From Polyangiales bacterium (GTDB lineage: Bacteria; Myxococcota_A; Polyangia; Polyangiales; Polyangiaceae), in contig JBBRNJ010000023.1 of NCBI GenBank assembly GCA_038230375.1, positions 1-64,000 of the forward strand: a DNA stretch of 64,000 bases. Reading direction: 5' to 3'. The translations under genes were made by a program, and so were the position numbers. The notes below the pieces were generated by a model, which saw nothing but the letters and a program-made list of their open reading frames with translations, was not told the origin of the DNA and searched no databases. The number at the start of each line of letters is the position of its first letter. The first letter of the stretch is position 1. Shown here piece after piece: positions 18,055 through 26,949 of the stretch.

Positions 18055-19612
18055 CGGTACCCTTCCGGACGGGAGCCGCGGAAGCGGACGGCGCGCCCGT
18101 TGTTGGCCCCGTGTCGAGCCTGTTGCCCGACACGGCTGCCGTTGCAACGGGGTCGGCCACCGGTTGCTGAGCGACGTGCTTGGCCTTTGTTGTCCCTGTC
18201 TGGGGACCCGGTCCAACGGCAATCCCGCCTCCAGGAGGCACGGCGCCGCTCGCCAGTGGCATGTTGACGACCGGCGTCTGGGTGGCGGTGGCGGTGGCGG
18301 TGGCGGTGGCGGTGGCGGTGGTTGGCGAAGCAGCCTGCGGCTGCGGCGCAGCGGCCACGTTGATGATGTCATCGGCAGGCTTGTGGGAGGCCGCGACGCC
18401 GCCCGCCTTCGTTGCGAGGAACGTCGCTACGCCGAAGAGAATGACGATCGCTGTGACGCCGATCGCGACGGCTCGCCGGCTGGATTTTCTCGCCGCCGCG
18501 CGCTCGTTCGTCGTGGACGAGAGGTCGGCCTTGTCGTGCGCGGGTTCGCTGCGCGCAAGCGCCGTGGGCTCCTGACGCTGGGTCGCGTCGAGCTCGATCG
18601 GCGTTGCGGGGCGATCGACGCGCTCTGGCGTCGTCGGACCGTCCATGCGCTCCGTCTTCGCGTGCCCGTCCGCGTCGACCGAGCGCGGGCCAGATCTGGA
18701 GAGCGACGGATTGGATGGGTCAGCGCTGGGTGGAAGGCTCGTCACTGTCGAGAATGCGGCGCGTAAGCCCTCAGACATCTCGCGAGCGGTCGCGAAGCGC
18801 TTCTCGGGATCGCGTGCAAGGGCGCGGTCGAACCACGCGTCCACCTGCGGCGGCAGATTCGGGTTGAGTGACGAGGCTCGCTGCGGTGCTGTCGTGACGA
18901 TGGCCACGGCAAGAGCGCCGAACGATTGCCCCGAGAATGGTCTGGTACCCGTGACCGCCTCGAACGCGACGACGGCGAGCGACCACAGATCACTCCTTGC
19001 GTCGATGTTCTTCTCCGCGTTCATCTGCTCGGGGCTCATGTAGAACGGCGTGCCGACGACCTGGCCCGTCTTCGTCTGCCCGTCGAGCGAAGGCCCCTCG
19101 CTGTTGGCCTTCACGATGCCGAAGTCGAGGAGCTTCACGAAGAGCTCGTCGTCGCCGTCGCACATGAAGATGTTGTCCGGCTTGATGTCGCGATGCAGGA
19201 GCCCGGCTGCGTGTACGCGCGTGAGCGCCTTGCCGACCTGCGAGACAACAGCGGTCGTCTCCTGCGGCGACAGAATGCCGTGGTCGTCCATGTACTGACC
19301 CAGGCTCTTGCCAACGAGATGCTCCATCACGATGAAGGGCACGTCGTTGTCGGTGATGCCGTGGTCGAGCATCTGCACGACATGCGGGCTCTTCACCTGT
19401 GCGGCGGCCGCGGCCTCTTTGGCGAAACGCGCGCGCGCGTGCGGGCTGGCGTCAAGGTTGCCGATCATGAACTTGACGACAACCTGCGTCTGAAGCCCCG
19501 CGTGATCCGCGAGCCACACCGCGCCCATCCCACCTTCCCCGAGTGGGCTTCGTAGCGTCACGCCCTTGGAGACCTGCATCCCCGGCGAGAGTTGCCTTCG
19601 CTCGTCCGCCAC
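18041..19612 (-). CDS. Transmembrane eukaryotic-like Ser/Thr protein kinase
   Basis: GEGGMG, VVVK, HRDIKPDN, DFG, GTPFYMSPEQ; TM helix and Thr/Ala-rich tail. Confidence 0.95.
   Translation of the reverse strand: MADERRQLSPGMQVSKGVTLRSPLGEGGMGAVWLADHAGLQTQVVVKFMIGNLDASPHARARFAKEAAAAAQVKSPHVVQMLDHGITDNDVPFIVMEHLVGKSLGQYMDDHGILSPQETTAVVSQVGKALTRVHAAGLLHRDIKPDNIFMCDGDDELFVKLLDFGIVKANSEGPSLDGQTKTGQVVGTPFYMSPEQMNAEKNIDARSDLWSLAVVAFEAVTGTRPFSGQSFGALAVAIVTTAPQRASSLNPNLPPQVDAWFDRALARDPEKRFATAREMSEGLRAAFSTVTSLPPSADPSNPSLSRSGPRSVDADGHAKTERMDGPTTPERVDRPATPIELDATQRQEPTALARSEPAHDKADLSSTTNERAAARKSSRRAVAIGVTAIVILFGVATFLATKAGGVAASHKPADDIINVAAAPQPQAASPTTATATATATATATQTPVVNMPLASGAVPPGGGIAVGPGPQTGTTKAKHVAQQPVADPVATAAVSGNRLDTGPTTGAPSASAAPVRKGTDALW
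18282..18321 (-). repeat. (ACCGCC)n hexamer repeat encoding a poly(Thr-Ala) linker in the kinase tail
   Basis: Tandem ggtggc units on + strand. Confidence 0.8.
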
Positions 19613-19639
19613 GTGTCTGATCCTATAGCAACGGGGGCC

Positions 19640-20830
19640 TCACGTCTCGCCGGGGGAGACCGGCGCGGCCACGTGCGTGGATATTGGCGTGAATACGTGC
19701 TGCGCGCCGGGCACGCCCTTCAGCTCGAAGGCGCCAAGGTCCTCCATGGGAACCTTCGCGTGATCGTTGAAGACGGAGGAGACCACGAGGCGCCTTCCGA
19801 GCTTTCCCGTCAGTCCCTCGAGTCGCGCGGCCACGTTGATGGCAGGGCCAATCGCCGTGAAATCCAGGCGTGCCGAGCCCCCGATGTTTCCATACGCGAA
19901 CTCGCCAATGTGAAGCGCAAGGCCGAACTGGATCGCATGAGCGGCCCTTGCGTTGCGCGCCTCCAACGCGGCGAACGCCTCCTCGGCCGCGGCGAGCGCG
20001 CGGGTGGCCGCACCATCTGCGTCCGAGCCGTCCGCGATGGGGAAGATCGCCAGCAGCCCGTCCCCCATGAACTTCAGGACTTCGCCGCGCGCCTTCTCTA
20101 TCGCCGGTACCTGGCAGTCGAAGAGCTCGTTCAGGGTGTCGATGATCTCACGCGGCTGGCTTCGCGCGGAGAGCTCCGTGAAGCCGCGCAGGTCGGAGAA
20201 CCAGATGGCGGCGCGGATGGTCTCGATGTCGCCCTTGAAGATCCGTCCGCCGAGGATGCGCTCGCCGGAGTCGTGCCCGACATACACGGAGAGCAGGTTT
20301 GTGGCGGTGCGATGAAGCGCGAAGATCTCCGTCACGCGGGAGAGTGGGCGCATGACGTGCCGAAGCGCCCCGATGTCGTCGCCATCGAAGCCGCCCGGCT
20401 TCTTGGTTGTGAAGGTCACCGCATGGGTCTCACCGCGAATGAAGACGACAGGGAAGCCGATGAAGTCCGTGTGCCCCTCCGCTCGCAGCTCGTGGAGCAC
20501 CGCGTAGTCGTTCGGGCCGAGCGGGTCTTCGAGACGGCGCCGATGTTCCTTCTTGGTCGTGGTGACCTCCACCACGGGGCTCCGCTTGACCATGTCGGAG
20601 CGCTGCATCTCCAGCGACATCTCGAGGACGCGCACCGGTTTGTCGGGCTCCCACCAGAACGCGCGGCCCACAACGGTGGGATGCAGCGTCTTCACGAACA
20701 CGCCAATGCGATGAACGCCGATGGTGGAGGTCGAAAGGTCGGTCGCCATCCGGATGATGACGTCGGCCGCGGTGAGAGCGCCGGGAGCGCCGTCGACGAG
20801 CCAATCGAATAGACGTCCGACGCGCTGCAT
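19640..20830 (-). CDS. Class III adenylate/guanylate cyclase with N-terminal GAF-like region
   Basis: WFSDLRGFT, LKFMGDGLLA, YGNIG..RLDFTAIGPAINVAARLE. Confidence 0.92.
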   Translation of the reverse strand: MQRVGRLFDWLVDGAPGALTAADVIIRMATDLSTSTIGVHRIGVFVKTLHPTVVGRAFWWEPDKPVRVLEMSLEMQRSDMVKRSPVVEVTTTKKEHRRRLEDPLGPNDYAVLHELRAEGHTDFIGFPVVFIRGETHAVTFTTKKPGGFDGDDIGALRHVMRPLSRVTEIFALHRTATNLLSVYVGHDSGERILGGRIFKGDIETIRAAIWFSDLRGFTELSARSQPREIIDTLNELFDCQVPAIEKARGEVLKFMGDGLLAIFPIADGSDADGAATRALAAAEEAFAALEARNARAAHAIQFGLALHIGEFAYGNIGGSARLDFTAIGPAINVAARLEGLTGKLGRRLVVSSVFNDHAKVPMEDLGAFELKGVPGAQHVFTPISTHVAAPVSPGET

Positions 20831-20919
20831 GAGCCCAATGGCAACATGAGTAGAACGCAAGGTCGAGGGGCAGGGACATGGGCGGGCTCGCAAAAGAGTA
20901 AAGTAGACTTTATTATAGG

Positions 20920-21313
20920 ATCGACCTCCTCGCTGCCGCCTTCGCGACTCGCTACGCAGCGGAGCCCGCCCGCGGGTACGGCGGCGGCGCGCACGACATC
21001 CTCTCCGCCATCGCACGGGGAGAGCCGTGGCGCGTGGTTGCTGGCGCTGCGTTCGACGGCCGGGGCTCGTACGGCAATGGCGCTGCCATGCGCGCGGCGC
21101 CGATAGGGCGCGAGCGTGTCCTCACCGGACACCGTGCCCTTCACGCTCTACTGCGCGGCGCGATTCATGGGCGACTTCGAGGAGGCGCTGCGCTTCACCG
21201 TCGCGGGTCTTGGCGATCGCGACACCACCTGCGCCATTGTCGGTGGCATCGTCGCATGCGCAGCTCCTGTCCCCAAAACCTTCATCGCGGCGCGCGAGCC
21301 GCTCCCGCGCTGA
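20920..21313 (+). pseudogene. ADP-ribosylglycohydrolase (Tri1/DraG family) remnant
   Basis: PARGYGGGA..GSYGNGAAMRAAPIG in one frame, DTVPFTLYCAA..GDRDTTCAIVGGI in another; no start, internal deletion and frameshift. Confidence 0.85.
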
Positions 21314-21318
21314 TCGTC

Positions 21319-22578
21319 TCAGCCCTGCAGCACACGCACCACTGAATAGACCGTGGTGGCGAGCATCCATAGCAAAAGGACGCTCACGACCACGGCGCTC
21401 GTGAACGGGCGAACCGCGAACGCGCGCCTGATCTTTCCCACCTGCCTCATCATGAACGTGACCCTGCACTGCACGGGGATGACGCCCTCCGCGCGATCGC
21501 GCAGGCGCGTGACCATGTCGTTGACGGACGCGAAGCGTTGCGCAGGATCTTTCTGGAGCCCGTCCCGCGTGAACCATGAGAGGTCCGCCGGCACCATCGG
21601 CTGGGTAGCGCTGCCTACCTCGTAGGCCTGCGGCACCCGCTCGGTCATCACGGCCGCAAGCATCGCCTCCAACGTCGCCTTCGACTCGAACGGATGGGTG
21701 AGCGTGAGCAGCTCGTAGAACGTCATGCAGAGGCTGTAGATGTCGCTCTTCTCCGTGAGCGCCTCGCCCCGCGCCTGCTCCGGTGACATGTACGCGGGCG
21801 TTCCCAGCAACGTGCCGACCTGCGTCTCGAAGAGGCGTCGCTTGGGCACGGTGCCCTCGACAAGCGTCTGCGCCAGCGGTTGCACGGGCTCGTCGCCCTT
21901 GATCTTCCGCGCCAGCCCCCAGTCCATGACCATGACCTCGCCATACGGGCCGATCATGATGTTCGCGGGCTTGATGTCTCTATGGATCACCCCGTTCGCA
22001 TGCGCGAACGCAATGGCTTCCAGGATGCCCACCATGATCTCGACGCGCCGCTCGAAGCCGTAGCGCGCATGATAGTCAGCGTTGCCCGCGCGCAACTTCT
22101 CGATGACCGACTCGAGCGTCTCGCCGTGCACGTACTTCATCACGAAGTAGTACTCGCCGTTCTCGTCCAGCCCGACGTCGTGGATCGGCACGATGTTCGG
22201 ATGCTCCAGGTTCCCGATCGTGCGCACTTCCTCCGCGAACCGCATCACAGTGGCATGCGATTTCGCGTCGGCGCGGATTCGCTTGATGGCGACGGGACGC
22301 TCGATGTCGTTGTCGTGCGCCTTGATGACGTCGCCCACGCCGCCTTGCCCGAGCCGGTGCGCAAGCGCGTACCGTGGCTTCGACTCGCCGGTGATCGCGG
22401 GCGCAGCCTTCTCGACCGCGGAGATGCGCGGAAGCACCGTGGTTCGCAGCGTCGTGGTGACGCCCCGCGCGAGCACCGGCAGCGAGCCGACGATCGGCGT
22501 GCGATCGTCCGCAAGCGTCGCGCCGTCCGTCAGCGTGTTGTCCACGACCGTCTTCGCGCTCGCGGAGTCCTCTTGCAT
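21319..22578 (-). CDS. Ser/Thr protein kinase with C-terminal membrane anchor
   Basis: GQGGVG, VAIK, HRDIKPAN, DWG, GTPAYMSPEQ. Confidence 0.93.
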   Translation of the reverse strand: MQEDSASAKTVVDNTLTDGATLADDRTPIVGSLPVLARGVTTTLRTTVLPRISAVEKAAPAITGESKPRYALAHRLGQGGVGDVIKAHDNDIERPVAIKRIRADAKSHATVMRFAEEVRTIGNLEHPNIVPIHDVGLDENGEYYFVMKYVHGETLESVIEKLRAGNADYHARYGFERRVEIMVGILEAIAFAHANGVIHRDIKPANIMIGPYGEVMVMDWGLARKIKGDEPVQPLAQTLVEGTVPKRRLFETQVGTLLGTPAYMSPEQARGEALTEKSDIYSLCMTFYELLTLTHPFESKATLEAMLAAVMTERVPQAYEVGSATQPMVPADLSWFTRDGLQKDPAQRFASVNDMVTRLRDRAEGVIPVQCRVTFMMRQVGKIRRAFAVRPFTSAVVVSVLLLWMLATTVYSVVRVLQG

Positions 22579-22637
22579 GCCTGCTACCTCCGGCGCCGAA
22601 AACGAACGCCCGACACACCATGGTATACGAAGGGCGC

Positions 22638-24293
22638 ATGAAGCACTTCATCAACGAGAAGGATGACCTGGTGCGCGAGGCCATCACGGGCGTGCTCTAC
22701 GGAAGCCCTGGTCTCTCGCGCCTCGACGGCTACCCGGCGATCAAGGTGGTGGTGCGCTCGGATTGGGATAGCAAAGCGACAACGAAGGTCGCGCTCGTCT
22801 CGGGCGGCGGCGCCGGACACGAGCCTTCCCATGTTGGCTTCGTCGGTCGTGGCATGCTCACCGCTGCGGTCTCTGGCGAGGTGTTCGCGTCGCCCAGCGT
22901 GGACGCGGTGCTCGCGGCGATCCTGTCCGTCACCGGGGACGCCGGTTGCCTGCTCATCGTGAAGAGCTACACCGGCGATCGGCTCAATTTCGGCCTGGCG
23001 CGCGAGAAGGCGCGCGCGCTCGGCAAGAAGGTTGCGATGGTCGTGGTCGCCGACGACCTCGCGCTGCCCGACCCACCGCACCCGCGTGGTGTCGCGGGAA
23101 CGCTCTTCGTGCACAAGGTAGCGGGCCATCTGGCCGAGCAGGGCAAGAGCCTCGCAGAGGTCACGGCAGCCGCGGAGCAGGTGGCGATGAGCGCGGGCTC
23201 ACTCGGCATCTCGCTCTCGTCCTGTACGATCCCAGGGCAGCCCGCGGAGCAACGCATGACCGCGCACGAGGCGGAGCTCGGTCTGGGCATCCACGGCGAA
23301 CCCGGCGTCGAGAAGATCGCGCTCGCACCCGCGAAGGACCTGGTCGCCGAAATGGCGAAGCGCCTCGGCGCGGTCTTCATGGATCCCGGCGAGCGATACG
23401 CGCTCCTCGTGAACGGCCTTGGTGGCGTCCCGCTCATCGAGATGAACGTCGTCACGAAGTGTTTCCTCGAGACGCCCCTTGGACAGCGCGTTGATCTCGT
23501 CGTCGGTCCGGCGCCGCTCATGACGTCGCTCGACATGAAGGGCTTCTCGCTCTCCCTCCTGCGGCTCACCAAGGAGAACCGCGAGGCGCTGCTCGCGGAC
23601 GTCGGTCCTGCGAGCTGGCCCGGCGCGTTTCCCGTGCAGCGGGCGCAGTCGCTCCTTCCGCTGCCGAAGGAGCTCGCGCGGCGCACGTTCACGGCCTCCA
23701 CCCACGAGCCCACCCGAAAGACCCTCGACGTGATCTGCCAGACACTCGTGTCGAGCCAGAAGGACCTCGACGCGCTGGATGCGAAGGTTGGCGATGGCGA
23801 CACTGGCTCCACGCTGGCGTCCGCCGCTCGCGAGATCTCCGCTGACCTCTCGTCACTGCCTCTGGCGGACGCCGCGCAGCTGTTGTTCGCGCTGTCCGAT
23901 CGGCTCGGCGTCGTGATGGGCGGCTCCAGTGGTGTGCTCCTCTCCATCTTCACCGCCGCTGTAGGCTCGGCGCTCGCCGAAGGCGCGGCTCTTCCGCGCG
24001 CATTGCAGGCCGGCGCCGCGCGCGTTCGCGAGGTGGGCGGCGCGAAGCTCGGTGATCGCACCATGCTCGACGCGCTGAGCCCCGCGCTCGACGCCCTGTC
24101 CGCAGGTTCACTGACGGATGCGGCGAAGCGCGCGCGCGAGGGCGCAGACACGACCGCGACGATGCTGGCCGCGAGGGCTGGGCGTTCGAGCTACCTCAAC
24201 GCGGACTCACTCCGCGGCGTCTCGGATCCGGGCGCAGAGGCCGTGGCCCGCGTCTTCGAGGCGCTCGCTCGGAAGATCGAGGAAGGCGAATAG
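22638..24293 (+). CDS. dhaK: ATP-dependent dihydroxyacetone kinase, fused DhaK-DhaL
   Basis: SGGGAGHEP, KSYTGDRLNF, GLGIHGEPG; DAKVGDGDTG, GDRTMLDAL, AGRSSY. Confidence 0.93.
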   Translation: MKHFINEKDDLVREAITGVLYGSPGLSRLDGYPAIKVVVRSDWDSKATTKVALVSGGGAGHEPSHVGFVGRGMLTAAVSGEVFASPSVDAVLAAILSVTGDAGCLLIVKSYTGDRLNFGLAREKARALGKKVAMVVVADDLALPDPPHPRGVAGTLFVHKVAGHLAEQGKSLAEVTAAAEQVAMSAGSLGISLSSCTIPGQPAEQRMTAHEAELGLGIHGEPGVEKIALAPAKDLVAEMAKRLGAVFMDPGERYALLVNGLGGVPLIEMNVVTKCFLETPLGQRVDLVVGPAPLMTSLDMKGFSLSLLRLTKENREALLADVGPASWPGAFPVQRAQSLLPLPKELARRTFTASTHEPTRKTLDVICQTLVSSQKDLDALDAKVGDGDTGSTLASAAREISADLSSLPLADAAQLLFALSDRLGVVMGGSSGVLLSIFTAAVGSALAEGAALPRALQAGAARVREVGGAKLGDRTMLDALSPALDALSAGSLTDAAKRAREGADTTATMLAARAGRSSYLNADSLRGVSDPGAEAVARVFEALARKIEEGE

Positions 24294-24295
24294 CC

Positions 24296-25360
24296 ATGGC
24301 TGATCTCGCTGACGGCGAATCCGTGGAGATGCAGGGCTCCGGTGTGAAGCCGTACGTCTTGAAGAACACCGGTGGCGTCTACTCGTGCACGTGCCCGGCG
24401 TGGCGAAATCAGGGCATCGGGATCGAGCGCCGCAGCTGCAAGCACCTGAAGAAGCTTCGTGGCGCCGACGTCGAGGCCACGCGCGTCGGAGCGTCCGCCG
24501 GGGACACGCCCGCGCGACCGAAGAAGAAGGCCGCAGCAGCGGGCTCGAAGGCAGGTGCGAACGAGGCCGCAGACAAGGCGCCGTCGCTCCTGCTCGCGCA
24601 CGTCTGGGAGAACGAGCTGGATCTCACCGGCTGGTGGATGAGTGAGAAGCTCGACGGCGTGCGTGCGTACTGGGATGGCGAGCAGTTCCTCTCGCGCCTT
24701 GGCAACGTCTTTCACGCGCCAGCGTGGTTCATGGACGGATTGCCCAAGATCCCGCTGGATGGAGAGCTGTGGTGTGGGCGCAAGAAGTTCCAGCGAACGG
24801 TCTCGATCGCGCGCAGGCAGGACAAGAGCGATCACTGGCGCGAGCTCACGTACGTGGTGTTCGACGCGCCTGCGCACGACGGGGCCTTCGAGGAACGCAT
24901 CGCGCTCGTCTCGCGCACGTTCGGCACGGCATCGCCCCCGTTCGCGCGACATCACGAGCACGTCCGTTGCGATGGCACCGCGCATCTGCGCAAGGAGCTT
25001 GCGCGCGTGGAGAGCCTGGGCGGCGAGGGGCTGATGTTGCGGCAGCCGGGCTCGCGCTACGAGTCCGGGCGCTCGCACACGCTACTGAAGGTGAAGAGCT
25101 GGAAGGACGACGAGGCGCGCGTGATCGCCCATCTCCCCGGCGAAGGGAAGCACAAGGGCAAGCTGGGTGCTGTCGTCGTGGAGCTCGCGAACGGCATCAC
25201 GTTCTCGGTCGGCACCGGCTTCTCCGAGAAGGAGCGCAAGGCTCCGCCACCCATCGGCGCAGTGATCACGTTTCGCTACCAGGAGCTGTCGGACGGCGGC
25301 GTGCCCCGGTTCCCCACGTACGTGGGCGTGCGCGACGACGTTACCTTCGAGCCGGTCTGA
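24296..25360 (+). CDS. ATP-dependent DNA ligase with N-terminal SWIM zinc finger
   Basis: YSCTCPAW..CKH (SWIM); EKLDGVRAYWDG, LDGELW, EGLMLR, LLKVK, PRFP. Confidence 0.92.
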   Translation: MADLADGESVEMQGSGVKPYVLKNTGGVYSCTCPAWRNQGIGIERRSCKHLKKLRGADVEATRVGASAGDTPARPKKKAAAAGSKAGANEAADKAPSLLLAHVWENELDLTGWWMSEKLDGVRAYWDGEQFLSRLGNVFHAPAWFMDGLPKIPLDGELWCGRKKFQRTVSIARRQDKSDHWRELTYVVFDAPAHDGAFEERIALVSRTFGTASPPFARHHEHVRCDGTAHLRKELARVESLGGEGLMLRQPGSRYESGRSHTLLKVKSWKDDEARVIAHLPGEGKHKGKLGAVVVELANGITFSVGTGFSEKERKAPPPIGAVITFRYQELSDGGVPRFPTYVGVRDDVTFEPV

Positions 25361-26015
25361 TCGCTTCGACCATCTCCGTGGGCGCGACGTCCGGTCCCTC
25401 ATCCTTGAACGAGATCGTGGCTGAGAGACCGAGGTACGCGCAGACGGCGCGCGCGGCCTCCTCCGTGAGCTGCTCCTTCGTGAACGTCACTCCGGACCAG
25501 TCGTCGCCGACCAGCACGTGGTGATGCGCGAGCGACACCGTGAGCAGCAGCGAGAACGCAAGCGAGCGCGCCGGACGCATGGGCACGTTGGTGCACTCTG
25601 CCATGACCCCCACGAGGCGACTGGAGAGATGACGACCGATTCGCTCCAGGTCCTTCCCGAACGCGGGCTCACGCGCGCTTGCAGCCAGGATCTCGCGGAC
25701 CAGCGCGCCCTCGGAGAGGACCACGTCGACGATGCTGCGTACCGCGACCTCCACCACGTCGCGCGCCGCAGCGCCCTTCCATATTCCCTGCTGCGTGGAC
25801 GCGTCCGTCGCGGAGATCATCTGGTCCGCCCAGGAGAGCGAGAGCTGCCGCAAGAGCGCGTCCATGTCGGCGAACTCCGCGCGGAACACGATGTCCGAGA
25901 CCTTCGCCTTGGCCGCGACGTCCGCAGGCGTCAGCCGTGAGAAGCCGCGCTCGTCGATGAGCGCCTTCGCCGCCTTCACGATCGCGCGCCGTTCGTCCCG
26001 CGGGGGCTTCTCCAT
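25341..26015 (-). CDS. TetR/AcrR family transcriptional regulator
   Basis: IVKAAKALIDERGFSRLTPADVAAKAKVS HTH (somewhat divergent). Confidence 0.75.
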   Translation of the reverse strand: MEKPPRDERRAIVKAAKALIDERGFSRLTPADVAAKAKVSDIVFRAEFADMDALLRQLSLSWADQMISATDASTQQGIWKGAAARDVVEVAVRSIVDVVLSEGALVREILAASAREPAFGKDLERIGRHLSSRLVGVMAECTNVPMRPARSLAFSLLLTVSLAHHHVLVGDDWSGVTFTKEQLTEEAARAVCAYLGLSATISFKDEGPDVAPTEMVEAIRPARR

Positions 26016-26047
26016 GGCCGCGATGGAATCGCGCGGACCCCGTTCCG

Positions 26048-26863
26048 TCAAGGCGCGGCGGAGCGTTCGACCGTGGCCAGGAACTCCGGCGTGAAAGTGC
26101 CGTCCACGCGGAAGGAGTAGCGGAAGAACGGATCCGCGAGGACGCCGTGGTAGTCCGCGTCGTTGAACCAGTACGCCTCGGTCGTGGCCACGTGGCGTGT
26201 GTCCGTCTCCTCGTCGTAGACGAACAGGCGCTTGTTCTTGCCCGGGCAGAACGTGACGAAGTGATCCACGTGCAGCGCCTTCTCGCCGTCGCGGTCACGG
26301 TGCACCGTACCGTGATCATGCGGTTGCAGTCCGAGCAGCTTCACGCTGCCGATGGACGTGAACGGCAGCGCGCGAATGAACGCGCACGTCTTCGGGAACA
26401 GCGCGAGAGCCTCCCGTGTGAAGGCCTTGCCTTTCGGATTTGCCTTCTCGTCCCAGCGCCCGCCGGGCATCAGCTCCACGTACGTCTTCCACGGAAAGTA
26501 GACGCCGTGGCGCACCTCTAGCCAGCGCATCTGCCGCTGGTTCAGGAGAACGTCGCGCTCCTCGCCGAAGGTGACGGTCTCGCGCCTGTCTATGTCCCAG
26601 AGCTGCGGCGTGTCGGACATGGCGCCGAGCACCAGGAACTCCTCGTCGCTCATGTCGGCGATGATCTCGCCGTAGTCGGTGAGCGCCTCGGGCTCCAGCC
26701 GCGCGGGCATGATGCCCATGGAGCGATGGCTACCGCCCGTATATTCGTTGTCCTTGATGCGCGTGAGGCCGATGCACACCTCGTCGTGGATGCCGGCCAA
26801 CGGGCGCAGGTCCAGGTGTGGAACCAGGTCGAAGATGGGCTTTCCAAGGACACCGCGCAACAT
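26048..26863 (-). CDS. Putative Fe(II)/2-oxoglutarate oxygenase (Asp/Asn beta-hydroxylase-like cupin)
   Basis: GTVHRD ... YWFNDADYHGV ... YSFRVDG (HxD..H triad); ATG at 26863 preceded by TACGAT. Confidence 0.55.
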   Translation of the reverse strand: MLRGVLGKPIFDLVPHLDLRPLAGIHDEVCIGLTRIKDNEYTGGSHRSMGIMPARLEPEALTDYGEIIADMSDEEFLVLGAMSDTPQLWDIDRRETVTFGEERDVLLNQRQMRWLEVRHGVYFPWKTYVELMPGGRWDEKANPKGKAFTREALALFPKTCAFIRALPFTSIGSVKLLGLQPHDHGTVHRDRDGEKALHVDHFVTFCPGKNKRLFVYDEETDTRHVATTEAYWFNDADYHGVLADPFFRYSFRVDGTFTPEFLATVERSAAP

Positions 26864-26949
26864 GTCCCGGTGATCGTAGCGTTCATTTGCCCTGGAAATG
26901 ACGCTTTCCCGCTGGCGGAAGCCCTGGCGTTTGCTATCTGCCACCGCGA

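Noticed and set aside
20895..20924. dif-like Xer recombination site
   Set aside because: Only one arm (ATCCTATAA) resembles a XerC arm; the XerD arm does not match
26864..26944. Longer GTG start for the oxygenase-like gene
   Set aside because: Would leave only 5 bp before the divergent panE start; the ATG at 26863 has a TACGAT box
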